Assembly: GCA_050248855.1 (NCBI GenBank)
Contig: JBFWRP010000007.1
Location: 132,152-196,151, forward strand
From: Planctomycetota bacterium
GTDB taxonomy: Bacteria > Planctomycetota > PLA2 > JAEUHO01
Length of the DNA: 64,000 bases
Direction of reading: 5' to 3'
A model generated the notes under the pieces. It did no database searches. It was not told the DNA's origin and saw nothing but the letters and a program-made list of their open reading frames with translations. The position numbers and the translations under genes are program-made. Below are positions 37,457-46,918 of this stretch, piece by piece. Numbering within the stretch: the first letter of the stretch is position 1; each line of letters begins with the position of its first letter.

Positions 37457-39733
37457 ATGCTTCGACGCTTCATGATCGCGGCGTGGGCCGCGACAGCCTG
37501 GGTGCTTGGCGCCTTCGGCACTGCCTCTGCCGCGCGAGCCGACGAGGCGGCCGCGGTGAAGGGCGAGCACCTGCAGGTGCGGCTCGTCGCCGAGCAGTCC
37601 TCGATCGCGGGTGGAGCGACGCTTCGCCTGGGCGTGTTGTTCGTGCCGGACGCGCACTGGCACGTCTACTGGCGCGAACCGGGCGAGACGGGCCTCGCGC
37701 CCGTCATCACGTGGCGGTTGCCCGAGGGGTTCCGGGCCGGCCCGATCGCCTGGCCCGTGCCGACGCCCGACGAGGTGGACGACATCCACTCGCACATCTA
37801 CGAGGAGCGGGTGCTTCTCGCCTGCGACGTGCAGGTGCCCTTCGACGTGCCGCTCGGCGACGTCACCCTCGAGGCGGACGTCGAGTGGCTGGTGTGCGAG
37901 GACTCGCAGGGGTGCCTGCCCGGTGAGGCCCAGCTCGCCCTGACCTTGCCCGTCCGCGACGCGATCCCGCCGCCGTCGCCCGAGGCACCGTGGTTCGAAG
38001 AGGCCCGCAAGCAGCTGCCGCTGGCCCAGCCGGAGGCGCTCTCCGTCGAGATCGTGCCCGAGGGACTGCGCTTGACGGCGACGGGCGAAGGTCCGTGGCG
38101 CGCGGAGGACGCACGGCTTGGCGGCATCTGGGCGACGTGGACGAGTCTCGACACCTCGGCAGCGCCGATCGTCGTGCGCAGCAACGACCGCATCGTCCTG
38201 ACGTGGCCGCTACGCGCCGGTGCGCCCGCACCCACGTGGGCCGATGGCCTGTTCGTCGTGGAGCGCGGCGAGGAACTCAGTGCGTGGCAAGTGCGCGGCG
38301 GGGAGCCGCCCGCACGCACGCCCGCGGCGCCTGTCGCGCACACGCCCGCGCCCGAGCCTGCGGTGGCCCTGCCCCCAGCGGCCCCTGCCGACGACGATCT
38401 CTCGTGGGCCACGCCCTGGGTGCGTTACGACGGCGCGGCCGTGGACGCCGAGAGCGCCGGCCGCACGCCCGAGGACGCCACCTTCCTCGGCGCCCTCGTG
38501 CTGGCGCTGCTCGGCGGCATGTTGCTGAACATCATGCCCTGCGTGCTGCCGGTGCTCTCGCTCAAGATCCTGGGCTTCGTCGACCAGGCAGGCAGCAACC
38601 CCAGGGCGGCGCGCCTGCACGGCATGGCGTTCGGCGTGGGCGTCGTGGCGTCGTTCCTGGCACTCGCGGGCCTGCTGTTGCTCCTGCGCAGTCGCAGCCA
38701 GGACCTCGGCTGGGGCTTCCAGCTGCAGGAGCCGAGCGTGGTCATGGGCCTGGCGGTGCTCATGTTCCTCGTCGCGCTCAACCTGTCGGGCGTCTTCGAG
38801 GTGGGTGCGGGCCTCGCGGGACTTGCGGGGCGGGCCGCGCAAACGACCAAGCACGGCAGCTACGCAGGCTCGCTCTGGATGGGCGTGCTCGCCACGGTCA
38901 TCGCCACCCCCTGCACGGCCCCGTTCATGGGTCCGGCCATCGGTTACGCGATCACGCAGCCTGCGGTGCAGGCCCTCGGCGTGTTCGCGGCCATCGGCGT
39001 CGGCATGGCGCTGCCCTACGTGGTGTTGTCCACCTTCCCGGGCTGGCTGCGCTTCCTGCCGCGTCCCGGACCCTGGATGGAGACCTTCCGTCAGATCACG
39101 GCGTTCCCCATGTACGCCACCGTCATCTGGCTCGTGTGGCTGTTCGGTCGCTTGGTCGGCACGTCGGGCATGACGGCGCTGCTCGTCGCGCTGCTGGCGG
39201 TGGCGCTGGGCGCGTGGTTCTACGGACGCTTCGCCACGCCTGTGCGCTCGGCACGGACACGCTGGATCGTGGGTCGCGCCATGGCCTTGAGCATCGCGGC
39301 GGCCGGCATCCTCTACGTGCTCGACCACGCCAAGGTCGATGCCTCGTCGGAGTCCGCGCAGGTCGCCACTGCGCCCGAGGGCTGGGTGCCCTACGACGGG
39401 CGGCGCATCGCGGCCAGCCAGGAAGCGGGAGTACCCGTGTTCCTCGACTTCACGGCCGACTGGTGCCTCACCTGCAAGGCCAACGAGGCCGCGTTCCTCG
39501 ACACGGACTCGGTGCGCGGGGCGTTCAAGCGCCACGGCGTGCTGGCCATGCAGGGCGACTGGACGCGCCGCGACGAACGCATCACCAAGGCGCTGGCCCA
39601 GCTCGACACGCTGAGCGTGCCGCTCTACGTCATCGTGCCGCCCGACCCCGCACGTCCCGCGTACGTGCTGCGCACGGCCATCACGTCGTCGTACGTCGTC
39701 GAGGCCCTCGACAAGATCCTCGGGGCGCCCTGA
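37457..39733 (+). CDS. dsbD: DsbD/ScsB-like protein-disulfide reductase (N-terminal Ig domain, CcdA TM domain, thioredoxin)
   Basis: HWHVYWREPGETG, WLVC..GCLPG, NIMPCVLPV, ATPCTAPFM, PRPGPWM, FTADWCLTCK. Confidence 0.92.
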   Translation: MLRRFMIAAWAATAWVLGAFGTASAARADEAAAVKGEHLQVRLVAEQSSIAGGATLRLGVLFVPDAHWHVYWREPGETGLAPVITWRLPEGFRAGPIAWPVPTPDEVDDIHSHIYEERVLLACDVQVPFDVPLGDVTLEADVEWLVCEDSQGCLPGEAQLALTLPVRDAIPPPSPEAPWFEEARKQLPLAQPEALSVEIVPEGLRLTATGEGPWRAEDARLGGIWATWTSLDTSAAPIVVRSNDRIVLTWPLRAGAPAPTWADGLFVVERGEELSAWQVRGGEPPARTPAAPVAHTPAPEPAVALPPAAPADDDLSWATPWVRYDGAAVDAESAGRTPEDATFLGALVLALLGGMLLNIMPCVLPVLSLKILGFVDQAGSNPRAARLHGMAFGVGVVASFLALAGLLLLLRSRSQDLGWGFQLQEPSVVMGLAVLMFLVALNLSGVFEVGAGLAGLAGRAAQTTKHGSYAGSLWMGVLATVIATPCTAPFMGPAIGYAITQPAVQALGVFAAIGVGMALPYVVLSTFPGWLRFLPRPGPWMETFRQITAFPMYATVIWLVWLFGRLVGTSGMTALLVALLAVALGAWFYGRFATPVRSARTRWIVGRAMALSIAAAGILYVLDHAKVDASSESAQVATAPEGWVPYDGRRIAASQEAGVPVFLDFTADWCLTCKANEAAFLDTDSVRGAFKRHGVLAMQGDWTRRDERITKALAQLDTLSVPLYVIVPPDPARPAYVLRTAITSSYVVEALDKILGAP

Positions 39734-39779
39734 CCTCGAGTCCCCATTCCTCGGGCGGGCCCGTCCGGTCCTCCCACCC

Positions 39780-39971
39780 CTGCGCATCATCGACCCGCAG
39801 GGCCGGATCGTGTACTCGGGTGCGATCGACAGCATCCGCAGCGCGAACCCGGCGGACGTCGCCGGCGCCACCAACCACGTCGTCGCCGTGCTCGACGCCG
39901 TCTTGGCCGGCAAGCCCGCTCCCTACGCCTCGCAGCCGCCCTACGGCTGCAGCGTCAAGTACGCCAAGTAG
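39780..39971 (+). pseudogene. C-terminal remnant of an AhpC/TSA-like redoxin
   Basis: Frame reads LRIIDPQGRIVYSGAIDS..NHVVAVLDAVLAGKP..PPYGCSVKYAK*; no start or N-terminal half between the dsbD stop and this segment. Confidence 0.75.
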
Positions 39972-40068
39972 GCGGCCTCGACGACACGCTAGACTGCTCC
40001 CCGGAGCGGACGACCTGGACGGGGAGGGCCGCAAGGCCCTTCCCGTCGTTCGTTACGAGAGGTGGGAC

Positions 40069-41448
40069 ATGCGGATTCTCGCGGGCTGTCTCGTGGCGCT
40101 GGCCTTGGCGGCGTGCGGTGAACCCCCGCTCTACGTCGTGGAGATCCAGCCGACGACGGACGGCATGGAGCGCACGGTCGGCTTCGTCGACCGACCGGAG
40201 CTCCTGGGCGACCTCGACCTTGCGCGTGATCCGCTTCCGCATGCGCTCCTGGAGCAGACCCCGTCCGAGGACCATGTGCTGTCGGCGCGCCTCCGCGACC
40301 GCTTGCGGGCCGCGTACGGCGAGCCCGGGTTCGGAGGACGCTGGAGAAACACGTTCGGGAAGCGGTCACCCGGTGTGCTCGATGGCTTCGGCCACATCGT
40401 TCGCGACGTGTCTCCGCTCGGCAGCGTCGCGCACTACGTCGAGCGCTTCGGCGGCACCGACGATCCCGAGGCCCAGCAGATCGCACGCACCGTGGCTCTC
40501 GATGCATGGCTGGCGCTGATCCGACCGCATTGGCTGAAGGCCGTGGAGCACCACCCGGGGCGCGAGCGCCTCGTGGCGTGGATGGAGCACGACCTCGCGC
40601 GTGAGGCGGCGGCCTGGTTCGCCCTGCGCAGGCAGCTGTCCGACGCGCTCTGGTCCGAGGCTTCAGGCAGCCGCGACAGCGCTCGCCTCGCGCTCGACGC
40701 CCACCTGGCCGAACGCGGCTGCCACGCCGACGCCGTGGTGGAGGATCCCCTGGCGATCGTGCGCGCGTTCACGCGACGCGAGCTCGGCCTGGCACCGAGC
40801 GAGCCGCTGCCGGCCGCGCTCGAGCGGGGCGCCCTGCTCGACGCCGTCTTGAAGGACGCGAGCGGGGAGTCGGGTGCCGTCCTGCCTCCTCCGACTCTTC
40901 CCGACGACCTCGGGCCCTACGCGAGGCCGAGCTCGACGGCCGACACGCCCGAGGAGGCCGCGCGCGAAGAGCGACTTGCCGCGTACGCCCGGCTCGCGGC
41001 CCTCCTCGAGCCGCGACGCTCGCAGCTCTCGGGTGGGCTCGACGTCTGCGTGTTCCTTCGGGTGCCCCATCCCCCCGTGGGAACCGATGGGATCTACGAC
41101 ACCGAGCGGCGAGTGATCACCTGGTTTCGCCGCGTGCTCCCGCCGCCCGGACCGTGTGCCTGGGTTCGCGCCAGCTGGCCCGAGCCCGACGCGGCCATGC
41201 AGACGCAGCTCTGGGGAGCGGTCCACCTGACCGGAGGACACCTCCACGACTTCGTGCGCGCGTGGCAGGACCTCGACACCGGGCACCGCGCGCGCGGCAT
41301 GGAGCTGCTCGAACGCCTCCGCGGCGACCTCGGCGGCAACGCGCGAGGCCAGATCGCCAAGCAGCTGGAGCTCGCCATCGGTAGCGACGGCGACCTCCGC
41401 GGCATCGCCGCCGCGCTGGCCAACGGGCTCTTCGACCCGGGCGACTGA
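40069..41448 (+). CDS. Hypothetical lipoprotein
   Basis: Lipobox LAAC after a hydrophobic stretch; 459-aa ORF. Confidence 0.65.
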   Translation: MRILAGCLVALALAACGEPPLYVVEIQPTTDGMERTVGFVDRPELLGDLDLARDPLPHALLEQTPSEDHVLSARLRDRLRAAYGEPGFGGRWRNTFGKRSPGVLDGFGHIVRDVSPLGSVAHYVERFGGTDDPEAQQIARTVALDAWLALIRPHWLKAVEHHPGRERLVAWMEHDLAREAAAWFALRRQLSDALWSEASGSRDSARLALDAHLAERGCHADAVVEDPLAIVRAFTRRELGLAPSEPLPAALERGALLDAVLKDASGESGAVLPPPTLPDDLGPYARPSSTADTPEEAAREERLAAYARLAALLEPRRSQLSGGLDVCVFLRVPHPPVGTDGIYDTERRVITWFRRVLPPPGPCAWVRASWPEPDAAMQTQLWGAVHLTGGHLHDFVRAWQDLDTGHRARGMELLERLRGDLGGNARGQIAKQLELAIGSDGDLRGIAAALANGLFDPGD

Positions 41449-41450
41449 AA

Positions 41451-41795
41451 TCAGGTCGAACGCAAGTCCACCATGTCGGCGCCGCCGCCGAACCACGCGT
41501 TCCAGGTGGCTTGCGAGATCGAGATCGAGACGATCTTCGAGAAGTCGCCCTCGTGGGCGCGATTGAGGTCGGCGGCCTGGGAGCTGACGAAGCGCTTGTT
41601 GGCCGCGTGCGACTTGGCGGCGTTGGACGCGCCGCTCAGGCCGCGCGTCGAGAGGCGGAACGCCGTGGCGCCGCTTCCGCCGCCGCCGCTTCCGCCACCA
41701 CAACCCGGTAGGGTCAGCGCGGCCCCTGCAAGCGCAGCAACCGAGGCCGCCCCCGAGCTGGCCAGGAACGTCCTTCGCGAGAGGCGTGCGCGCAT
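41451..41795 (-). CDS. Small Tat-exported lipoprotein
   Basis: LSRRTFL twin-arginine motif, LPGC lipobox-like site, Gly linker, compact domain; GGAGGGAG RBS. Confidence 0.7.
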   Translation of the reverse strand: MRARLSRRTFLASSGAASVAALAGAALTLPGCGGGSGGGGSGATAFRLSTRGLSGASNAAKSHAANKRFVSSQAADLNRAHEGDFSKIVSISISQATWNAWFGGGADMVDLRST

Positions 41796-42156
41796 CACAG
41801 GCTCCCTCCCGCGAGGTGGAAAGAGGGCAGAGGGGATCTCCGGCACTCCCCCGCCTTCTCGGCCTCCCGGCCGGTCAGGTCTTTGCACTGCGACTTTGCT
41901 GCCGGACACCCTGGCACGGTTCCTTCTCCAGCCCCGCCTTGCACCCGATTCGACGAACCCGAAGGCCGACTTCCGAGCTTTCACAGGATCTTGACGCTAC
42001 TTCGCAGCCTTTCTGCACTCCTCACTTGACCAGATCCGGGACTGCGTTTCAAGGCCTCGTCGAGTTCTTGGATTCGAGGCGGGCGAGCAGCGCGGCGGGG
42101 CTCACCCCCCTTCAACCCACGAGGCGCGGGGACCGGACGGCTCGCGTCTCGGGCTC

Positions 42157-45024
42157 TCAGGGGTCAAGCGCGGACCGGGCTTGGGCCGCCTCCGCGCTGC
42201 GGCCCGCGGCCTCCAGCGCGGCGCCAAGCGCGGTCAACCAGCGGCGCCTCGGAGGCCAGTAGGCGCGTGCGATCTCGGCCCAGCGTGCGTGGCGCACGCG
42301 CTTCGCGGCCTCGCCATCGGCCAAGGAGGCCTCCAGGGGGACGCATGCAAGCACGCGCGCGTCGCGCGCCCTCGCCGGCGCGCCGTCCGCCTCCAAGCGC
42401 TCCACGGTCGACGCCACCCAGGCGGCGAGCTTCGCGCCTCCGGAGCCCGGATCGACGTCCGCGTGCAGGATCGCAATCCATGTCCGGAGATGGGCCACGC
42501 CCACGTCGTCCTCGTCTCCTGCGCGCGGGACGCGGTCGCACCAGGACGTGGCGCGAGCCAGGGCAGCCCGCGCGGCCTCGACATCGCCCGCCTGGAGGTG
42601 GTTTCCGGCCAACGCACACTCCAAGATGCCGACGCGTGCGTAGAAGGCGGGGTTGAGGTCTCGATGCTCGCCGAGCGATGCGGCGAGGTCGGCCACGGCG
42701 CGCGCAGGATCGCCCATCCGCGCCAGCCAAACGCTGCGTCGGAACTCGACCTCGCGGTTGCCGGGATGGGCCTCGCGGGCGCGCTCGAAGTCCTCGCCCG
42801 CAGCGGCCATCAGGTCGGCGCGCTCGTCTTCGGACTCCACGATCTCGGCGAGTCGCAGGCGCGCCTCGCCCCGGTAGGCCAGCGCAACAGAGGCATCGCG
42901 CAGCACGGCGACGGCACGCTCCCACGTATCGATGGCGCGTCGGTGCCGCTCGCGGGCTTCAGCGACGTTGCCGGACAGCTCGGCCTCGACCGCGAGAACC
43001 TCGTGGCAGAACCCCAGATCGAACCACGCGTTCCCGTCCTGCGTGGTGACGGCGATCTGCTCGTAGAGGAGAATGGCTTCCTCGTAGTGCCCGGCGTAGC
43101 GAAGGTGCCAGGCCAGGGAGGCAGCAGCCCCCCGATCGGCGAGGCGCCCGCCAAGCGCGGCGCGAACGTCCTCGAGCGCGCCCGCCGTGTCCTCCACGGC
43201 CAAGCGGGCGGCGGCACGCCGCAGACGCCAGGTGTCCAGCTGCGTCACTTGGCAGTAGGTGCCGGGTGCTGCTTCGGCCCTGCGCACGGCGGCGTCGAGG
43301 TCGTCCCGGGCCTGCTCCCGCCAGCGGAGTGCGTCGGCATGCGCGCCCGCGGCACCGGCGCGGTAGGCACGGCGCTCGGCCAGCTCGGCACGACGCGTCC
43401 ACGGCGCGCCCCACGAGCCCGCCGTGTCGCACGCCCTGACGAGCGCGTCTTCGGCGCGCCCTTCCCACGTGTCGCGCTCCGTCGCGTCCTCCGCCTTCGC
43501 CGCGCGGTCCAGCGCATGGTCGGCGCGCAGCACGAAGGCCCGCGGGTCGTTCGCGGCACGTTGCTCGAGGTCCTCGAGCGCGATCTGGATCAGGCCCTCG
43601 AGGTTCAGCTCGGGCCGCGGTGCCTCGCCGACGCGCGCGGCCTCCAGGAGCAGCTCGACACGGTCGAGATGGACCTCGAGCGGCGTGTCGTCGGTCAAGA
43701 GGGCTTCGTCGAAGGCATCGAGCGCCGCGGCGCGATCCTCCTTCACGCGCCAGCGGTAGCGGGCCGTCGCCGCAAGCCATCGCGACGAACGACCGCCGGA
43801 ACGCAGGGCGCGCTCGAGCTCGCGGTCCGCATCGAGGTGTCCAGCCGCCACGGCCAGCTCGGCGGCGAGCAGGACGGCCTCTGCGTCGTCCGGTCGCTCC
43901 GCGGCCCGGCGGGCCGCCAACGTGGCGGCAGCTTCGTGGTCGCACGACGTCCGCGCCGCCTCGATCGCGGCCACGGACACACCGCCGACCGCAGGGCGCA
44001 GGACGAAGGCCGCCGTGACCCCGGCCGCAAGCACGATCGCGGCCGCGGGCCACGCCCACCTGCGCGCGTGGCGCGGTCGCGAAGGGGCGTCCGCCACGAC
44101 GGGCGCGGGGCGCGGAGGCGGGGGCGCGATCGCCTCGCCCGCCAGCGCGCGGCGAAACGTCACCGCGTCCGGGAACCGCTGCGCGGGCTCCTTGGCGAGG
44201 GCTCGCTCGAGCGTGGCACGCACCGGCGCGCTCACCGCGTGCAGGCCCTCCACCGGGAGCGGGCGCGGCGGCGACTCGATGACGTGCATCATCATCGAGA
44301 GCGTGCTCGTGCCTGCGAAGGGCAGCTCCCCAGCCAGCATCTCGTAGAGGATCACGCCGGTGGCGAACTGGTCGGCGGCCGCGCCCACGTCGTCGCTGGC
44401 CCGGATCTGCTCCGGGGCCATGTACGCGACCGTCCCCACCATCTCGCCGTCCTGCGTCAGGAGGGCGCCCGGCGGCAGCCCGTCCTCGCGTTCGAGCAGC
44501 CGGGCGAGGCCGAAGTCCAGCACCCGCGCGTGCTCCGTGCCGTCGGGGCGACGCTCGACCATGACGTTGGCCGGCTTCAGGTCGCGATGCACGACCCCGG
44601 CGGCATGCGCCGCCGAGAGTGCCTGGAGGATGTCATCGGCCAGTGCGATCGCCCGCGCTTCGGGCAGGGGTCCCTCCTCGGCGATCAGCTCGGACAGCGT
44701 GCGTCCCGGGCAGAGATCCGTGACGAGGTAGACGAGGCCCTCTTCCTCGCCCACGTGGCGCACCGTGACGATGTGCGGGTCCACGAGCCGCGAGAGGGTC
44801 ATCGCTTCGCGGAGGAAGCGCGCACGTACGTGCTCGTCGGCCGCGCGCTCGGGCTTGAGCACCTTGATGGCGAAGCTCGAGCCGAGCAGCGCATGCTGCG
44901 CGGCGTACACGATGCCCATGGCGCCCTCGCCGAGGACACCGCCCACCCGGTAGGTCCCGGCGAGCACGCGTCCGGTGAGGGGGCCTGCCGGCCGCCCGTC
45001 GCCAACCGGCGGATCGGCGCTCAC
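42157..45024 (-). CDS. Hanks-type Ser/Thr protein kinase with TM segment and TPR repeats
   Basis: LGEGAMGIVY, AIK, HRDLKPAN, DFGLA, GTVAYMAPEQ; GTGA overlap with the sigma gene. Confidence 0.93.
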   Translation of the reverse strand: MSADPPVGDGRPAGPLTGRVLAGTYRVGGVLGEGAMGIVYAAQHALLGSSFAIKVLKPERAADEHVRARFLREAMTLSRLVDPHIVTVRHVGEEEGLVYLVTDLCPGRTLSELIAEEGPLPEARAIALADDILQALSAAHAAGVVHRDLKPANVMVERRPDGTEHARVLDFGLARLLEREDGLPPGALLTQDGEMVGTVAYMAPEQIRASDDVGAAADQFATGVILYEMLAGELPFAGTSTLSMMMHVIESPPRPLPVEGLHAVSAPVRATLERALAKEPAQRFPDAVTFRRALAGEAIAPPPPRPAPVVADAPSRPRHARRWAWPAAAIVLAAGVTAAFVLRPAVGGVSVAAIEAARTSCDHEAAATLAARRAAERPDDAEAVLLAAELAVAAGHLDADRELERALRSGGRSSRWLAATARYRWRVKEDRAAALDAFDEALLTDDTPLEVHLDRVELLLEAARVGEAPRPELNLEGLIQIALEDLEQRAANDPRAFVLRADHALDRAAKAEDATERDTWEGRAEDALVRACDTAGSWGAPWTRRAELAERRAYRAGAAGAHADALRWREQARDDLDAAVRRAEAAPGTYCQVTQLDTWRLRRAAARLAVEDTAGALEDVRAALGGRLADRGAAASLAWHLRYAGHYEEAILLYEQIAVTTQDGNAWFDLGFCHEVLAVEAELSGNVAEARERHRRAIDTWERAVAVLRDASVALAYRGEARLRLAEIVESEDERADLMAAAGEDFERAREAHPGNREVEFRRSVWLARMGDPARAVADLAASLGEHRDLNPAFYARVGILECALAGNHLQAGDVEAARAALARATSWCDRVPRAGDEDDVGVAHLRTWIAILHADVDPGSGGAKLAAWVASTVERLEADGAPARARDARVLACVPLEASLADGEAAKRVRHARWAEIARAYWPPRRRWLTALGAALEAAGRSAEAAQARSALDP

Positions 45025-45509
45025 GCCGGTCCGCCCCCGCGCGCCGGCGCGATCCGCTTGCGAAGTCGCGCCAAGGCGCGCGCGTGTCGCTTGCGCACCG
45101 CTTCGGACGAGGTCCGTCCCAGGAGGTCGGCGACCTGCTGGAAGGTCATGCCCTCGAAGTCGTGGAGCGCGATCACCTCCTGCTCCTCGGGCGCCACCCA
45201 CGCGCCACCCCCCGGGCCCTTCGTGCGGCGCGACAGGGTACGCACGCGGTTGCGGACGATCGTGGCGAGCCAGCCGAGGAAGCGGGTCTCGTCGTCGAAC
45301 TGCATGCTCTTGGATGAGGGGGCGAGCACCCGCCGGAACACGGACTGCGTCACGTCGATCGAGTCGACCTGGCGCCGCAGGGCCGGGTTGAGCAGGCGCC
45401 GCGCCACGCCGCGCAGGAACGGTTCCGTCTGGCGGTAGAACTCGTGGACGGCGATCGCATCCCCCTGGCGGATGCGGGCGAACAGGTCCGCGCGGGGGGC
45501 CTCGGCCAT
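45021..45509 (-). CDS. ECF sigma factor (short)
   Basis: LRRQVDSIDVTQSVF, FLGWLATIVRN, EGMTFQQVADLLG..AVRKRHARALARL; AGGAGG RBS. Confidence 0.85.
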   Translation of the reverse strand: MAEAPRADLFARIRQGDAIAVHEFYRQTEPFLRGVARRLLNPALRRQVDSIDVTQSVFRRVLAPSSKSMQFDDETRFLGWLATIVRNRVRTLSRRTKGPGGGAWVAPEEQEVIALHDFEGMTFQQVADLLGRTSSEAVRKRHARALARLRKRIAPARGGGPA

Positions 45510-45604
45510 GCCTCCTCCTGTCCGCGGCCAGCCTACTCGGAGGAGGGTGTCGGGTCGGCGGCCCAGGTGGGGTCCGCGAGGCGGCGGGGCACGCCGTGGG
45601 CGCG

Positions 45605-46918
45605 TCAGTCCCGAAGGCGCGCCTCGAGCCAGGTGCGGAAGGCGGCGACCTCGCGCGGGTTGGCCGCCAGGGGCGGCATCGAGCTCCAGATGGCTGGACG
45701 GGCCGGGTCCTGGCGGGACATGACCGTCAGGAACGTGCCCACGCGGTTGGCGTCCCAGCCTTGCAGGAGCCCGTCCAAGCCCCGGTAGCCGCCCAGGGTA
45801 TGGCACACGGCACACTGACGCCGGTAGATCGCATCGCCGATGGCCAGCTCGTCCGCGCCCTCCAGCAGGTGGGCTTCCGGTGTCGACGCCAGGAAGCCGT
45901 TCTGGCGGTGCTGCTCCAGCTCGTCGCGGTAGATGCCGTTGGCGTAGATCACGTCGCGCACGCTGTACGGCTTGCGCAGGACTTCGCGGGCGTACTCGGC
46001 ACATCCGAAGCCAAAGAGACCCAGGGCGAGGAGTCCGAGGGTGGCGACGTGGGGCAGGCGTGCCGGCTTGGCCACCGCACAGACCAGGCCTACCAGGAAC
46101 AAGACGCCAAAGGCGATGCCCCCATACCGGTAGAGGCTGGCCAAGAGCGGAACGCCCCCACGGGCGCCCTCCAGCGAACGATGCAGGATCTCGGACGCGT
46201 CCGCGGGCAAGACACCGCGTGTCCACACGAAGCAGGCCGCGGCCACGGCGAGACCTGCGACGATCCAACGACCCGCCCGTGCGATGACCAGGCGCCGATC
46301 GTCGTCCGCCACGACGTGTCGGGCCGTGAACAACCCGAAGGAGCCCGCCACGAACGCGCAGACGCCGAGGCGCAGGAACGTGGTCGGCCAGTACGTGGGG
46401 TTGAAGATGCCCGACCAGAAGCTCCTGTCCTCATGCCACGCCCCGGGCGTGAGCATGAAGGACAGGATGCCGTTGATCACCAGGAGGGTGATGATGGAAG
46501 CCGCGGCATACATCCACCCCACGGCCATGTGCGTCGTGGCATCGATGCGACGCCACGTCTTGTAGTAGACGACCGCGGCGGTCAGCTCGATCAGGAAGAA
46601 GCACCACTCCGTGGCCCAGCCCCACACGAAGGTCCGGATCAGGAAGAAGGTGCTGTCGGGCGAGGCCAAGCCGATCGCGAACCAAATCCCGACACCGGAG
46701 AGCGCGCCGAACACCAGCGTGAGCAGCACGAAGAAGCGACTGTGGCGCTCCGCATGCCCGACGAGCCCGGGGCGCCCCAGCTTGCGGCCCCAGCGCTCCG
46801 TCGTCACGAGGTACATGCCGCCCCCCACGGCGAAGTGGGCCACGAACACGTGCGTGACGGCGATCAACGCAATCAGCCCCGGCAGACCGATACCTTCGGG
46901 GGCGAGTGCGGGGAACAT
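45605..46918 (-). CDS. CydA-fold (cytochrome bd subunit I-like) protein with C-terminal c-type haem domain
   Basis: HVFVAHF, WATEWCFFLIE, INGILSFMLTPG, FNP, REVLRKPY; C-terminal CAVCH...MPP. Confidence 0.8.
   Translation of the reverse strand: MFPALAPEGIGLPGLIALIAVTHVFVAHFAVGGGMYLVTTERWGRKLGRPGLVGHAERHSRFFVLLTLVFGALSGVGIWFAIGLASPDSTFFLIRTFVWGWATEWCFFLIELTAAVVYYKTWRRIDATTHMAVGWMYAAASIITLLVINGILSFMLTPGAWHEDRSFWSGIFNPTYWPTTFLRLGVCAFVAGSFGLFTARHVVADDDRRLVIARAGRWIVAGLAVAAACFVWTRGVLPADASEILHRSLEGARGGVPLLASLYRYGGIAFGVLFLVGLVCAVAKPARLPHVATLGLLALGLFGFGCAEYAREVLRKPYSVRDVIYANGIYRDELEQHRQNGFLASTPEAHLLEGADELAIGDAIYRRQCAVCHTLGGYRGLDGLLQGWDANRVGTFLTVMSRQDPARPAIWSSMPPLAANPREVAAFRTWLEARLRD

Noticed and set aside
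41840..41910. c-di-GMP-I riboswitch (two GCAAA motifs)
   Set aside because: The spacing is too short for the GNRA-capped P2 stem and the receptor motif is absent; kept only as a generic structured-leader candidate.
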